Of a stretch of 64,000 nucleotides of DNA, positions 42,365 to 51,324 are shown piece after piece; the first letter of the stretch is position 1, and each line of letters starts with the position of its first letter. The DNA lies in assembly GCA_946965045.2 (NCBI GenBank), contig OX337231.1:930001-994000 (forward strand), given 5' to 3'. The notes under the pieces are model-generated. The model worked only from the letters and a program-made list of their open reading frames with translations, was not told the DNA's origin and did no database searches. This DNA comes from Epithemia pelagica (taxonomy: Eukaryota > Protista > Bacillariophyta). The position numbers and the translations under genes are program-made.

Positions 42365-44290
42365 TTAGGGAAGCACTTCGGCTCCATCTGGTGACAGGAT
42401 GACTTCGGGAGTGCTGGGAACAACACTCTCGTCTTCGGCGCGACTTCTACTGCGGCTAATGAGGTCATCCTCTTTCTTCTCATCCATGTCATATTTCGGA
42501 TCGAAACCTCCAAACGAAGGTGACTCCAATGCACTTTCGTCGGTGGGCGTCCGGCGCAAGGCATCAATATCGACTGAAAGCTCAAATTCTTCCGCCTCTA
42601 CTTCCCTCACATGCAACCGTTTCTTTTCCACACGCAAAAAAGGCGTTGCTTCCGACATTGCATCAGCTTCCTCCTCTTCTTCCGCCTCCTCTTTTGTTGA
42701 CGCTTCCTCCGCTTCATTTTCTTCTTCTTCTTCGTGGCTAACTTCTGCTGGTGTCGCTGTGTCAGCCGAATCTGTGGCGACTTTGTTGACGTCTGCGCCA
42801 TCTTCTTCAATGAGAGTCGGTTGAACCTTTTCTTCTTGAGTTTGGGTTTTGTTGCTCTCCACTGCCGGAGTTGAGGCTGCAGTGTCTTCGGGGACTTTGG
42901 GCGATGATGAAACGGAGTCGTTGCCTGGGGTTTCGGAAGCAGCTACACCAGCAACGGCAGCAGTGGAGACCTCTGAAGGAGACGAATCTTTGTTGTTCTT
43001 GTCTTTCATGAGCACCAAAGTGGGTGCTGAGCTCGAAGTCTCAGGCTTGACCAACGTAGAAGAGGAGGACATGGCACGAAGGGCTTCTCGAATGTGTTTC
43101 TCGGTTGTATCCAATTCTTCTTGCCACACGGCGGCTCGTGATTGAGAGGCGACCAAGGCTTCATCGCTTACTTGATTGTATTGACGCATGAGCGCATTGC
43201 GTTGCGTCTGTAGTTTTTCTTGATCGGCTTGCATGGCCCGCAAGGAGTCACGAAGAGATGACTGCTGGTCCAACAAGCCTTGGACCAAGGACAGCAACTG
43301 GCGATTTTTCGTTTGCAGTCGCTTCACCATACGATTCGAAGCAGAAGGATCGTTGAAATGATGACCGAAACCTCCATTTTGCTCTGTCGGTGTGACCATT
43401 GCCGACTGCATGCCATCTGTTTGCTCTTTTTGCTTTTCTTGGAGCGCATCATAGTCAGTTGTCTTTTGTTCCAGCTCCACGCGCACGGCCTTGAGCTGCG
43501 CCGTCAAGGCTCCTGTTTCGGCTGCATGGCGTTCGTTCAAGGAAGCCAACTTGGCTTCATATTGCTCACGAACGGTGGACAAATGTTTCTGTTGTTCCTC
43601 GTGCATTAACCGAAGTTTCTGCGATGTTTGCTGTTCCTGTTCGGTCCGCCAACGTTGCTTTTCACCCGCCGCCGCAATCTGTGTATACAACTCCATGACG
43701 GACAAACCGGGATTCTTTTCTCTTCCCGTGGCAGCCAAACCACCCAAAATGGGCGTCCGGCCCTTGCGATCCTTGACATAGACCGCTGCAGGGTGTGCCG
43801 TGAGGAGTTCTTCCATCACTTCAAAATTCGGCGGAGTGTTGCGACAGGCCAAATGAAGTGGAAGCATGCCCTGATCATCCTTGAGTGTGGCACCCAAGGG
43901 GAAGACTCGGATCAACGCATCAACCACTTTGAGAGGGGCATCAAAAATAAGGGCCGCATGAAGAGGGAGAAGTCGCCATCGAAGACGTCCATCCTTTTCC
44001 TTACGAACGACCCAGACGGAGGCTTCTTGTACGACAGAGCGTGGTTTGCCGCCATTCTCCGGAGAGGGCATGTCGTCGTCTTCATCTTCGTCATCGGACT
44101 CTTCCTCGGCCGCTTCATAGAGTCTCACAAGCTCATCCCAATCTCGTTTTTCAATAGTTTTGTAGAGCAGCGTTGGCGTTCGGTCGTAATCACATTCGTC
44201 CATACGAGCATGTTTGGATGGTTGCTGTTGCGGTACATCGGCCGTATGTTTCGCATCTCTGCTCGGAAGAGCGTTGGGTTCGGTCGCCAT
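42365..44290 (-). CDS. Ankyrin-like-head / coiled-coil protein (cluster paralogue 5)
   Basis: ECDYDRTPTLLYKTI...W...ASVWVVR...WRLLPLHAAL...FPLGATLKDDQGMLPLHLAC...DRKGRTP, then coiled coil and an acidic tail. ATG 44290. Confidence 0.8.
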   Translation of the reverse strand: MATEPNALPSRDAKHTADVPQQQPSKHARMDECDYDRTPTLLYKTIEKRDWDELVRLYEAAEEESDDEDEDDDMPSPENGGKPRSVVQEASVWVVRKEKDGRLRWRLLPLHAALIFDAPLKVVDALIRVFPLGATLKDDQGMLPLHLACRNTPPNFEVMEELLTAHPAAVYVKDRKGRTPILGGLAATGREKNPGLSVMELYTQIAAAGEKQRWRTEQEQQTSQKLRLMHEEQQKHLSTVREQYEAKLASLNERHAAETGALTAQLKAVRVELEQKTTDYDALQEKQKEQTDGMQSAMVTPTEQNGGFGHHFNDPSASNRMVKRLQTKNRQLLSLVQGLLDQQSSLRDSLRAMQADQEKLQTQRNALMRQYNQVSDEALVASQSRAAVWQEELDTTEKHIREALRAMSSSSTLVKPETSSSAPTLVLMKDKNNKDSSPSEVSTAAVAGVAASETPGNDSVSSSPKVPEDTAASTPAVESNKTQTQEEKVQPTLIEEDGADVNKVATDSADTATPAEVSHEEEEENEAEEASTKEEAEEEEEADAMSEATPFLRVEKKRLHVREVEAEEFELSVDIDALRRTPTDESALESPSFGGFDPKYDMDEKKEDDLISRSRSRAEDESVVPSTPEVILSPDGAEVLP

Positions 44291-45550
44291 GGTTGCTCTG
44301 AAGTGCACTTCGTATCGTCGTTAGTGTTGGTTCTTTTCCCTCCGATGATTTAGACTCCTTCACCGACCGGCGATCTAGTGGACCGAACCACTTTTCCAGA
44401 CCGATTCACTAGGAGGAATTATTGAGTGCTCGATCGTTGGACGTTGCGAACGACGTCTCTTGCTGCTTATGAATCAAACAATACAACAAGGCACACCAGA
44501 AGCAATTGCTTTTCTCGACAGGATGATCGATCAGCAGCAAGCAGCAGAAGGGATCCAAAACAGCAACTCTCTCGATCTGTCGACGTTGCAAGGCGCAACA
44601 GAAGATTGCGTTGTGGTGTTTGCCGAAAAAGTGGGCTGGCTTCTCTCTAACTGTCAACAACTCCACTATGGACCATTGAATACTTCCAAGTCGTCTTTGA
44701 ATAAGTCTCTTCACTCTTCACGTCTGCTCGAGGCCAATGGAATCAATTTTTGGACCGCACTTGCTGCAACGTTCGTGTGAGCACGTGCATGAGCGCGTGC
44801 AGGCCGAATCTTGCTAGATAATTTTATGTTGATCCCGCTCATTCCCGTAAATCATAGTAAATCATGACCAAAGCTCAACGGAAACTACGAGTACGATATA
44901 CATAGTATTTATTTCTACTTATGTTCATTCTGAATACGACTCACTTGTCGTGGCATCCCACAAAATGGCTGACAAACAAAACGACAAACCACCACACACA
45001 TCATCATCATCGCATGATGTGTTGTGATTTGTGATCTAGTACATGAAGTTTTTGAAGACACCAGTCCATACCCCATGGCGATGAGCTTTGGGATTAACTT
45101 CATTACAGAGCCTCCGAGTCTTGACGTACCTGAACCAACAAGATGCTAGAGAGGGACTTGTTTGTCCAAAAAAATGGTAGAGAGCAAGTAACGCAATGCC
45201 TTCCAATTTCGATGCTGGCAGCACATAATATCTTTGTATGCGTTCTGATCTCTTTCACACTCCAGACTCCTGGTGCAGAGGATTCCACATGCTGAGTAAC
45301 ATCGACCCAATAGGGGTCCTCTAGAACCCAAATATCGTAATTGTGAGAATGAGTGCCGCGATTGGGTTACGCCAAGAATATTATATGCGACCCATAAGTA
45401 CTCCCCGAAAAGGGTAGACGGAATTTAAGTTTGATAATATCCTCAATTATGTAGTGATTTTAGAATGATAGGGATTTTGAGAATGACGACGATCTGCGTC
45501 CATGCCTTGTGAATTGTGACCACTACTGAAGAGGAGAGTGCGAATCGAAC

Positions 45551-47365
45551 ATGAACCACCGTTCGTCTCCAAGAACACCCTTATCATCCGTATGCAAAGC
45601 ATGCAAGGTCAACTCGTTGGTGTGTGCCGTAGTGCTCTGGTTCTGTTGTAGTCTGGGTGGCTTTGTCACTGTTGTTTCTGGGAAACTGGATCCTCCACCA
45701 CCACCCCCTCCTCCACCACCAAGACAACGAAGGCTCTTGTCGAACGAGGTGGAACGTGTCATTGACGCAAACAACACGTCCAAGGTTCAAGCCCTGGACT
45801 CGCTCGGGGTGTCAGAGAAGCATACATTGGCGACGAGTAGAAGCCTCCACAACAACAAGAGCCATTCTCCAAGCGAAACCACAAGTCTTTCAAATGACAA
45901 GATTGGTCCATTGGACACGCAAACGGCCGAATCATCCAGCAAGCCAGAATTGGTTGTTCAACTAACAGAAACAGAGATTTGGGATGGATCCAAATGGAGA
46001 GCTCCAGGCGTCCTCGTCTCTACCTCGCAAAACGAAGGTGGAAGATGGACCAACGAACAGGATGAGATTTGCCTTTCGCCAACACAACAACAAGCTCCCA
46101 AAGGGAGTCAGTGGGAAGGTGACTGGAAGATCTTAACTAGTACATCGACGAGAGATGCCTATGGTTGGGAATACAGTCATACTCAACCCTACCCCCTCCG
46201 TCAAAGAATATGGCTTCGATCCATTGTCGAGTTGGAAACAAACAAGAAAAAGAAGAAACAGAGAAAGAAGAACAAGAAAATGACAGAAAGTAGGAGCTCA
46301 AAGAATAAGAGAAAACAGTCAAGCGATGGCTCCTTGACAACGTCCTCGACAAGAAGCTCATCCACAAGGGTGGGTATCCACCAACGGCAAATGCCGCGTT
46401 GGATACGGGCAATAGCGGACGATTTCAATTTCAAAGGGTTCGGAATGAGTTTCTGGAAAGGAATTATATTTCCCAGATCATTTGGCGTCGCATTTCGGAT
46501 ACCTCTCACGTCACACTTTGGTTCCTGGGATGGTAATCCAGCATTGCCCAAAGCCAATCTGATGCTTGGTGTGTACTACCCCCCGATGGTGGGGATTTAC
46601 ATTAGCTCCAGTATCCGCCTTGCATGGGTCAAATGGTCCGTCTTTCAAGCCTTTAGTATCGCTCAATTCATGATGCTCTATTTTGTGTGGACGTTTTATC
46701 GTGGCCTACTACTCGCTACTTCGGCCATGGTATTCCCGTTGACACGAACCTTGATCAATCCACCATTTCCCGTACAACGGCCCTGGGAGGATGCTGAGGG
46801 ACCTGCCTACCGACGAGATGTCGAAGAACGCATCGGTTGCTCCTACAGTTGGCGTATCTCGGCCAAGCAAGGCTATCATTCTGCCTTTCGCACCTTTCAC
46901 TGCTATTCACCAACCGTCGTGGGCCTTTGGAAAATGGCCGATCGAGCTTCCAAAAAGTTCTTTCCATCATCCGTTGGTTCGTCGTCCAAGACCTCCAGCA
47001 TGCCACGATGGATTGCCCGACGATCGGCCGAGTTGGCCTTTGAAGTTGCGGGACCTCTTGAATCTGAACCGTACTTTGCGGGTAGCACAGGATTGTCCTT
47101 GTCTGGCTTTTATCTACGATTCAAGAAACAGCAACCACAGCAGTCGATTCGTTACGCCACAACTGCAGCATTAGAAGACGGCGAAGATGTGCCTTTGGGG
47201 GAAGCAGAGGAATCCATCCCACTACATGAGAGCGACGATGACTATCTGGATGGGGAAGAACTCAAGGATGAGAAAGTTATTTCCTTGTCACGAAAGAACG
47301 AAACGAGCGTAAGAATCGGTGCGGCGAATATGGACACTGACAAGCAAGCCGTTCCTAGTGGGTGA
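45551..47365 (+). CDS. Membrane protein with a DysF (dysferlin/Pex24-like) domain
   Basis: N-terminal hydrophobic segment and poly-Pro; ETEIWDGSKW...WTNEQ...WEGDWKI...DAYGWEYS...LRQRIWLR matches the DysF pattern; later hydrophobic segment FSIAQFMMLYFVWTFYRGLLLA. Confidence 0.6.
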   Translation: MNHRSSPRTPLSSVCKACKVNSLVCAVVLWFCCSLGGFVTVVSGKLDPPPPPPPPPPRQRRLLSNEVERVIDANNTSKVQALDSLGVSEKHTLATSRSLHNNKSHSPSETTSLSNDKIGPLDTQTAESSSKPELVVQLTETEIWDGSKWRAPGVLVSTSQNEGGRWTNEQDEICLSPTQQQAPKGSQWEGDWKILTSTSTRDAYGWEYSHTQPYPLRQRIWLRSIVELETNKKKKKQRKKNKKMTESRSSKNKRKQSSDGSLTTSSTRSSSTRVGIHQRQMPRWIRAIADDFNFKGFGMSFWKGIIFPRSFGVAFRIPLTSHFGSWDGNPALPKANLMLGVYYPPMVGIYISSSIRLAWVKWSVFQAFSIAQFMMLYFVWTFYRGLLLATSAMVFPLTRTLINPPFPVQRPWEDAEGPAYRRDVEERIGCSYSWRISAKQGYHSAFRTFHCYSPTVVGLWKMADRASKKFFPSSVGSSSKTSSMPRWIARRSAELAFEVAGPLESEPYFAGSTGLSLSGFYLRFKKQQPQQSIRYATTAALEDGEDVPLGEAEESIPLHESDDDYLDGEELKDEKVISLSRKNETSVRIGAANMDTDKQAVPSG

Positions 47366-47566
47366 GGGCTGCCAATCTCGAACACCAGTTCGTGGCGGCT
47401 TCCAGCTTAATAATATCCTTTCAACGCCATCAAAACGCATTTGGCTAACGGGTAACAGGCAAGAAAGTTGGGTGCAAGTCAGTATTACTATAATAGTTCA
47501 TACACACCACGTCTATTGCTAAAGATGGCTTCTGGGGCAAAACAGCACTTGAACAGTAGCAACTGT

Positions 47567-48181
47567 TTAGAAGCTGTAGCTGGATTCGGCAACAGAGGGA
47601 AGGATGGAGACACCCAATTGTTCGTGAACCATCAATCCCAAAATACCCATCATGGCGGCACGGCCTTGGTTAAGTTCAATGGTTCGCTTGCGGAGTTTGG
47701 TGGCTTCATCGAAAGTGTCCCAGCCAAGGTCAAAGTAGTTGTTACGAAGATCGCCGGGGAATTCGCCACCAACAAAGTCACGCATTACGAAAACTTCAAG
47801 GGCACCGATCAAGGCAAAGATCTGGAGGTTTCCGGCGTAAGGGATGGCTTCAATGGCAGCGTATCCACTGGGGATATCGGAGAACTGAGTTCCCGAAAGG
47901 TCAATGCTTCCAGGGAATCGGATTCCGGCTTCGGTGATAAGGTTTCCGACAACGGCGATCATGGCGATACGTCCGTGCTTGATTTCGGTAAGTCGGAGGC
48001 GGTCGAATTTGGCTTGGTCGGCATCGGCGACAAGGCCCAAAGGATCCCAGAAGCCCAAAGGCAACATGGCACCAAAGTCATCTTCAAAGGCCTTGAGGGC
48101 GCTTTGGGACGAAGCCTTTTGGGTGGTGATGAAGGCTTCGGCGGAGGCAAGAGCAAGGGCAAAGACGGCGGCGGACTTCAT
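47567..48181 (-). CDS. Lhcf: Fucoxanthin-chlorophyll a/c binding protein (Lhcf type)
   Basis: MKSAAVFALALASAEA-F presequence, GFWDPLGL, EIKHGRIAM, PGDL, ELNQGRAAMMGILGLMVHE. Confidence 0.97.
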   Translation of the reverse strand: MKSAAVFALALASAEAFITTQKASSQSALKAFEDDFGAMLPLGFWDPLGLVADADQAKFDRLRLTEIKHGRIAMIAVVGNLITEAGIRFPGSIDLSGTQFSDIPSGYAAIEAIPYAGNLQIFALIGALEVFVMRDFVGGEFPGDLRNNYFDLGWDTFDEATKLRKRTIELNQGRAAMMGILGLMVHEQLGVSILPSVAESSYSF

Positions 48182-48814
48182 GATGAATTCGATGAATGGA
48201 TGGTGAAGAAAGAAAAGTTTCTTTTTGGCTCCCTTTGTAATGGACGCAGGTGGACCAAGTTGAAGATTTTGGATCGGTAGAAACGATCCAAGGCGACGAA
48301 AACTCGAGTCAAACGTGATTGACAGCCATAGACTCGACTAGGTAGGGATTTCTTCTACCTACCTAGGAGTACTTCACCGACAGGGTTTTTCATCTACTCC
48401 TAGATCAAGTCAAAATCAAACGCCTTGGAAAACAAGTTTTTCTACCACAATCAAAGTCGACAGGTCGAAATTCTGATTTATTATCCAAAATCATTTACAA
48501 AATCAAGTCATACCTCTCCACGAATAACTTTATTTTTCACAGTCAAGTCATCATCGAAGGCTTGATTAACAGTAACGCAAGGCATTTATTCTGCTGCTGT
48601 TCAATTGTTGGTCCCGCTGTTCACAGAAGATGACATCGAAGTTAACGCACAACCCACTTCTTCTTAATTTCGGACCGTAAACAGGAAAGGAGAACCAGAG
48701 AACCTAAGACTGCAAGATCCAGAACAATCATTTTGACTCCAAACCAGTTTTTTGATCTCGGATCATTTTGATTCTTCTGGGGCAATCCTGGCGTTCGCAG
48801 AGTGGCGAACCATT

Positions 48815-50030
48815 CAGCGAACAATAGCCAGGTCCAGGACTCAGTTGGTGATTGTTTGTTCGTGCAAAATCTCGCTCTTGTGATTGGCCAGTTTGTCGTC
48901 AATTTTCCACACAATCAAGCCAAACTTGTCCAAACCTTTTCAACAGTCGGACCACCAACCAAGTCCAGCAAGATGATCAAGCTACCTTTGAAAAGCATCG
49001 TCTTACATGCAAGTCCACAACTGCCTCTGGGGTCATCCCATCCTTTAGTTCTGTAGAGATATCGGGGGGACCCAGAGTTTCAGCGAAAACTTGCAGATCT
49101 GGGAGCCTCCAAGTCATTCCAGTCCACTGCGGATCCTCAACAAAGGCCTTGACACTGTCTCCTCTGGGGTTATCTATCACCCCATCTACAGGAAGAATTT
49201 TTACTCCGCCATTAATATCCTTCATGTTCGTAGCCCACTGTTTATCCTTCGTGAGGATCAGAACTGAGATCTTCAAGGCATATGCTCGAGTGTACAGGCC
49301 ACTAACGAATTCTTTGTTTGCAGCTGACTCGGGCAAATCGTCAATGATCAAAATGGGAAGGTCGGCGCGGGTCGCAATCGGACGACCTCTGGTGACTTGT
49401 GCTAGTTGAGCCGTGTTGTGTAAATGTACACTTGGTTCTTCCGCCGTGGCAGGCGTAACGCAACCTTCCGCTAAACGACGGAGATGACTGTACATTTCCC
49501 AGATCTTCGTGCCAGCTGCTCTGGAATCACGTTTCTTCTCTTGAAAAACAAGGCTAGCACAAAGAATTTCGACAAGTAGAGAGGCGGCGTTCGGGGCATT
49601 GCGTTGCGAAGCGAACTTCGTAGGAAAGTCTTCACTTCCGCCTGCATTCACCATAATAGCTCGTTTCGGACAATCAAAACTAACGTCTTCGCCGTGAAGT
49701 AGATGCACGGCAGCAACTGTTTTCCCACATCCTGACACACCGTAGCAGATGTACGTCTTCCCAGGAATTGCCTGCGCGTAGTGCTTGACGAAAATGTTGA
49801 TGGTGTCGCTTGCAACAAGTGTTCTCCTGTCAATTTCAACATTTAGAAGTGCTCTTTTCTTCGCTGATTCGCTTAATTTATCAACAAGCCAATACCATTT
49901 GACTGCATTGACCGAAGATGAAGCCAAGTAGTCCATTGTCTCTGGGCGTGTCTCTTTGGTTTGCGGTTTGGTTTGGTGCTGTTCGCGTTGTGTGTTTGAA
50001 CTCAGTCTGTGCGTCAGCCCACAACTGCTT
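48815..50030 (+). repeat. Direct repeat copy A (~1.2 kb), paralogous to 57384-58556
   Basis: Near-identical sequence from cagcgaac to gcgtcagcccacaactgctt in both copies, same orientation. Confidence 0.95.
48977..49936 (-). CDS. P-loop NTPase of unknown family (intact copy A)
   Basis: Walker A YGVSGCGKT and Walker B LPILIIDD. ATG 49936 (MDYLASS) is shared with copy B. Confidence 0.7.
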   Translation of the reverse strand: MDYLASSSVNAVKWYWLVDKLSESAKKRALLNVEIDRRTLVASDTINIFVKHYAQAIPGKTYICYGVSGCGKTVAAVHLLHGEDVSFDCPKRAIMVNAGGSEDFPTKFASQRNAPNAASLLVEILCASLVFQEKKRDSRAAGTKIWEMYSHLRRLAEGCVTPATAEEPSVHLHNTAQLAQVTRGRPIATRADLPILIIDDLPESAANKEFVSGLYTRAYALKISVLILTKDKQWATNMKDINGGVKILPVDGVIDNPRGDSVKAFVEDPQWTGMTWRLPDLQVFAETLGPPDISTELKDGMTPEAVVDLHVRRCFSKVA

Positions 50031-50610
50031 TGGTTTAGTAATTTAAAGTTTGAAGTCAAGTCAAGAGCGATTGGTATTACTGACCAAAAGTTGGGAGGTT
50101 AAGTCTGGGGTACTTGGTAGATGACTTTCGAGAGATAATCAATAATCAATTCAAAGGGGGCGGAAAAGATGACTAAAAGTTTGAAGTATGATTTTTTGTG
50201 ACTTCAATACCCACCGACATGCTACGCATAGGAGTAGCTAGAGATAAGCCAAAAGTCAATGTTGCCTTGGTCTCCCTACAGAGCTCTCACCAAAAGGCTC
50301 ATGACATCCATTGAAGCAACTTCCTCTTCAAGCGGGGCCCTCGACCTTGGAACGAGCATATTCGTTAGTTAGAGTCGTGGATGAAGACCTCATCACACGT
50401 TCATCGGGAGCGAGGTCAGGCAACATGGATCTCTCCAGGGTTTCTCATTACTGAATCGCCTTTCTAAGTTCTAGGGTCCTTTTGCAAAAACAAACGACTG
50501 CTTCAGACATGAGAGACTTGCTTTGGGAGGCTTCAACAGTAATCAGTAGCACTAGATTCAACTGTAGCCCTTGTCAAGATCATGGACTACGTAATATTCC
50601 ATTGGTCAAG

Positions 50611-50747
50611 TAGGGACTCGAGAGAACCCCGAAATAGGGGGAACTCACTCTCGTTTGAGGTGAAACACCATTGGCCATATTCCTTTGAAGGAATCAAGAA
50701 TAGGGACTCGAGAGGGACACCCACTCTCGTTTGAGGTGTATAGGGAC
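50611..50747. repeat. Two related short direct repeats, each able to form a stem-loop
   Basis: tagggactcgagag-[21 nt]-cactctcgtttgaggtg (50611-50662) and tagggactcgagag-[7 nt]-cactctcgtttgaggtg (50701-50738); a third tagggac at 50741. Confidence 0.8.
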
Positions 50748-51033
50748 GTTGGCCGTAACACTTTCCTTTCCAGCAACATAATGACAACCGGACAACATAT
50801 GGGCTATCCAGTTGAACAATAATTGGACGCGATCCAACAAGAAAACACCATTCAACTGCAAGGAGATGGAATCCTCCAGGCATGCCGAGGGCTGACCACA
50901 GTGATCCACCTACCTAGATGTGGTAGTGAGACGTGAGAGCGGAACAACCCATGCAGAAAGTCGACCCATCCTTCGACTCTGGAAATATATCTATCCACAA
51001 TCTCGAGAACTTCTGGTCTGGTCTGGTCTGTTC

Positions 51034-51237
51034 TGCCATACCCATGCATAATGGTAGGACGTAAAAATTATGATCTTTAGGAATTAGGCTAGGAAAGTGA
51101 GCGATGGCCAGAGAAGCCATCTGCACACGGAACAAGGACGGACTGAATTCTGAGAACGTCGGTGTCAAAGATTCAACTAGGGACCTATCGAGTCATGTTT
51201 ACGTGGAATCGTGGCGGGACAGAGTCCGGGTACCGCA
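51034..51237 (-). repeat. 3' LTR (204 bp)
   Basis: tgccataccc...gggtaccgca; identical to 55408-55611 except one g/t. Confidence 0.97.
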
Positions 51238-51251
51238 CTCTACCTCTCCCT
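51238..51251 (-). other. Polypurine tract
   Basis: Minus strand AGGGAGAGGTAGAG (13 of 14 purines) immediately before the 3' LTR. Confidence 0.85.
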
Positions 51252-51324
51252 GGTCGGACCTAGGAAGTTCGAGCGGGCCATGGGAAAGCTTGATGGCCAG
51301 AGGCCAACGGCAGTAAAACCCATG

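Noticed and set aside
44460-44780. 106-aa ORF between paralogue 5 and the DysF gene
   Set aside because: Short, no recognisable motif, upstream in-frame stop close by; cannot support it as a gene.
47468-48280. 270-aa plus-strand ORF
   Set aside because: Exact antisense shadow of the Lhcf gene, explained by its codon bias; no protein motifs.
48300-50270. Recurrent aagtca/tgactt motifs either side of NTPase copy A as transposon terminal inverted repeats
   Set aside because: The reverse complement of the right flank does not align with the left beyond scattered 6-9-mers, and copy B lacks these flanks.
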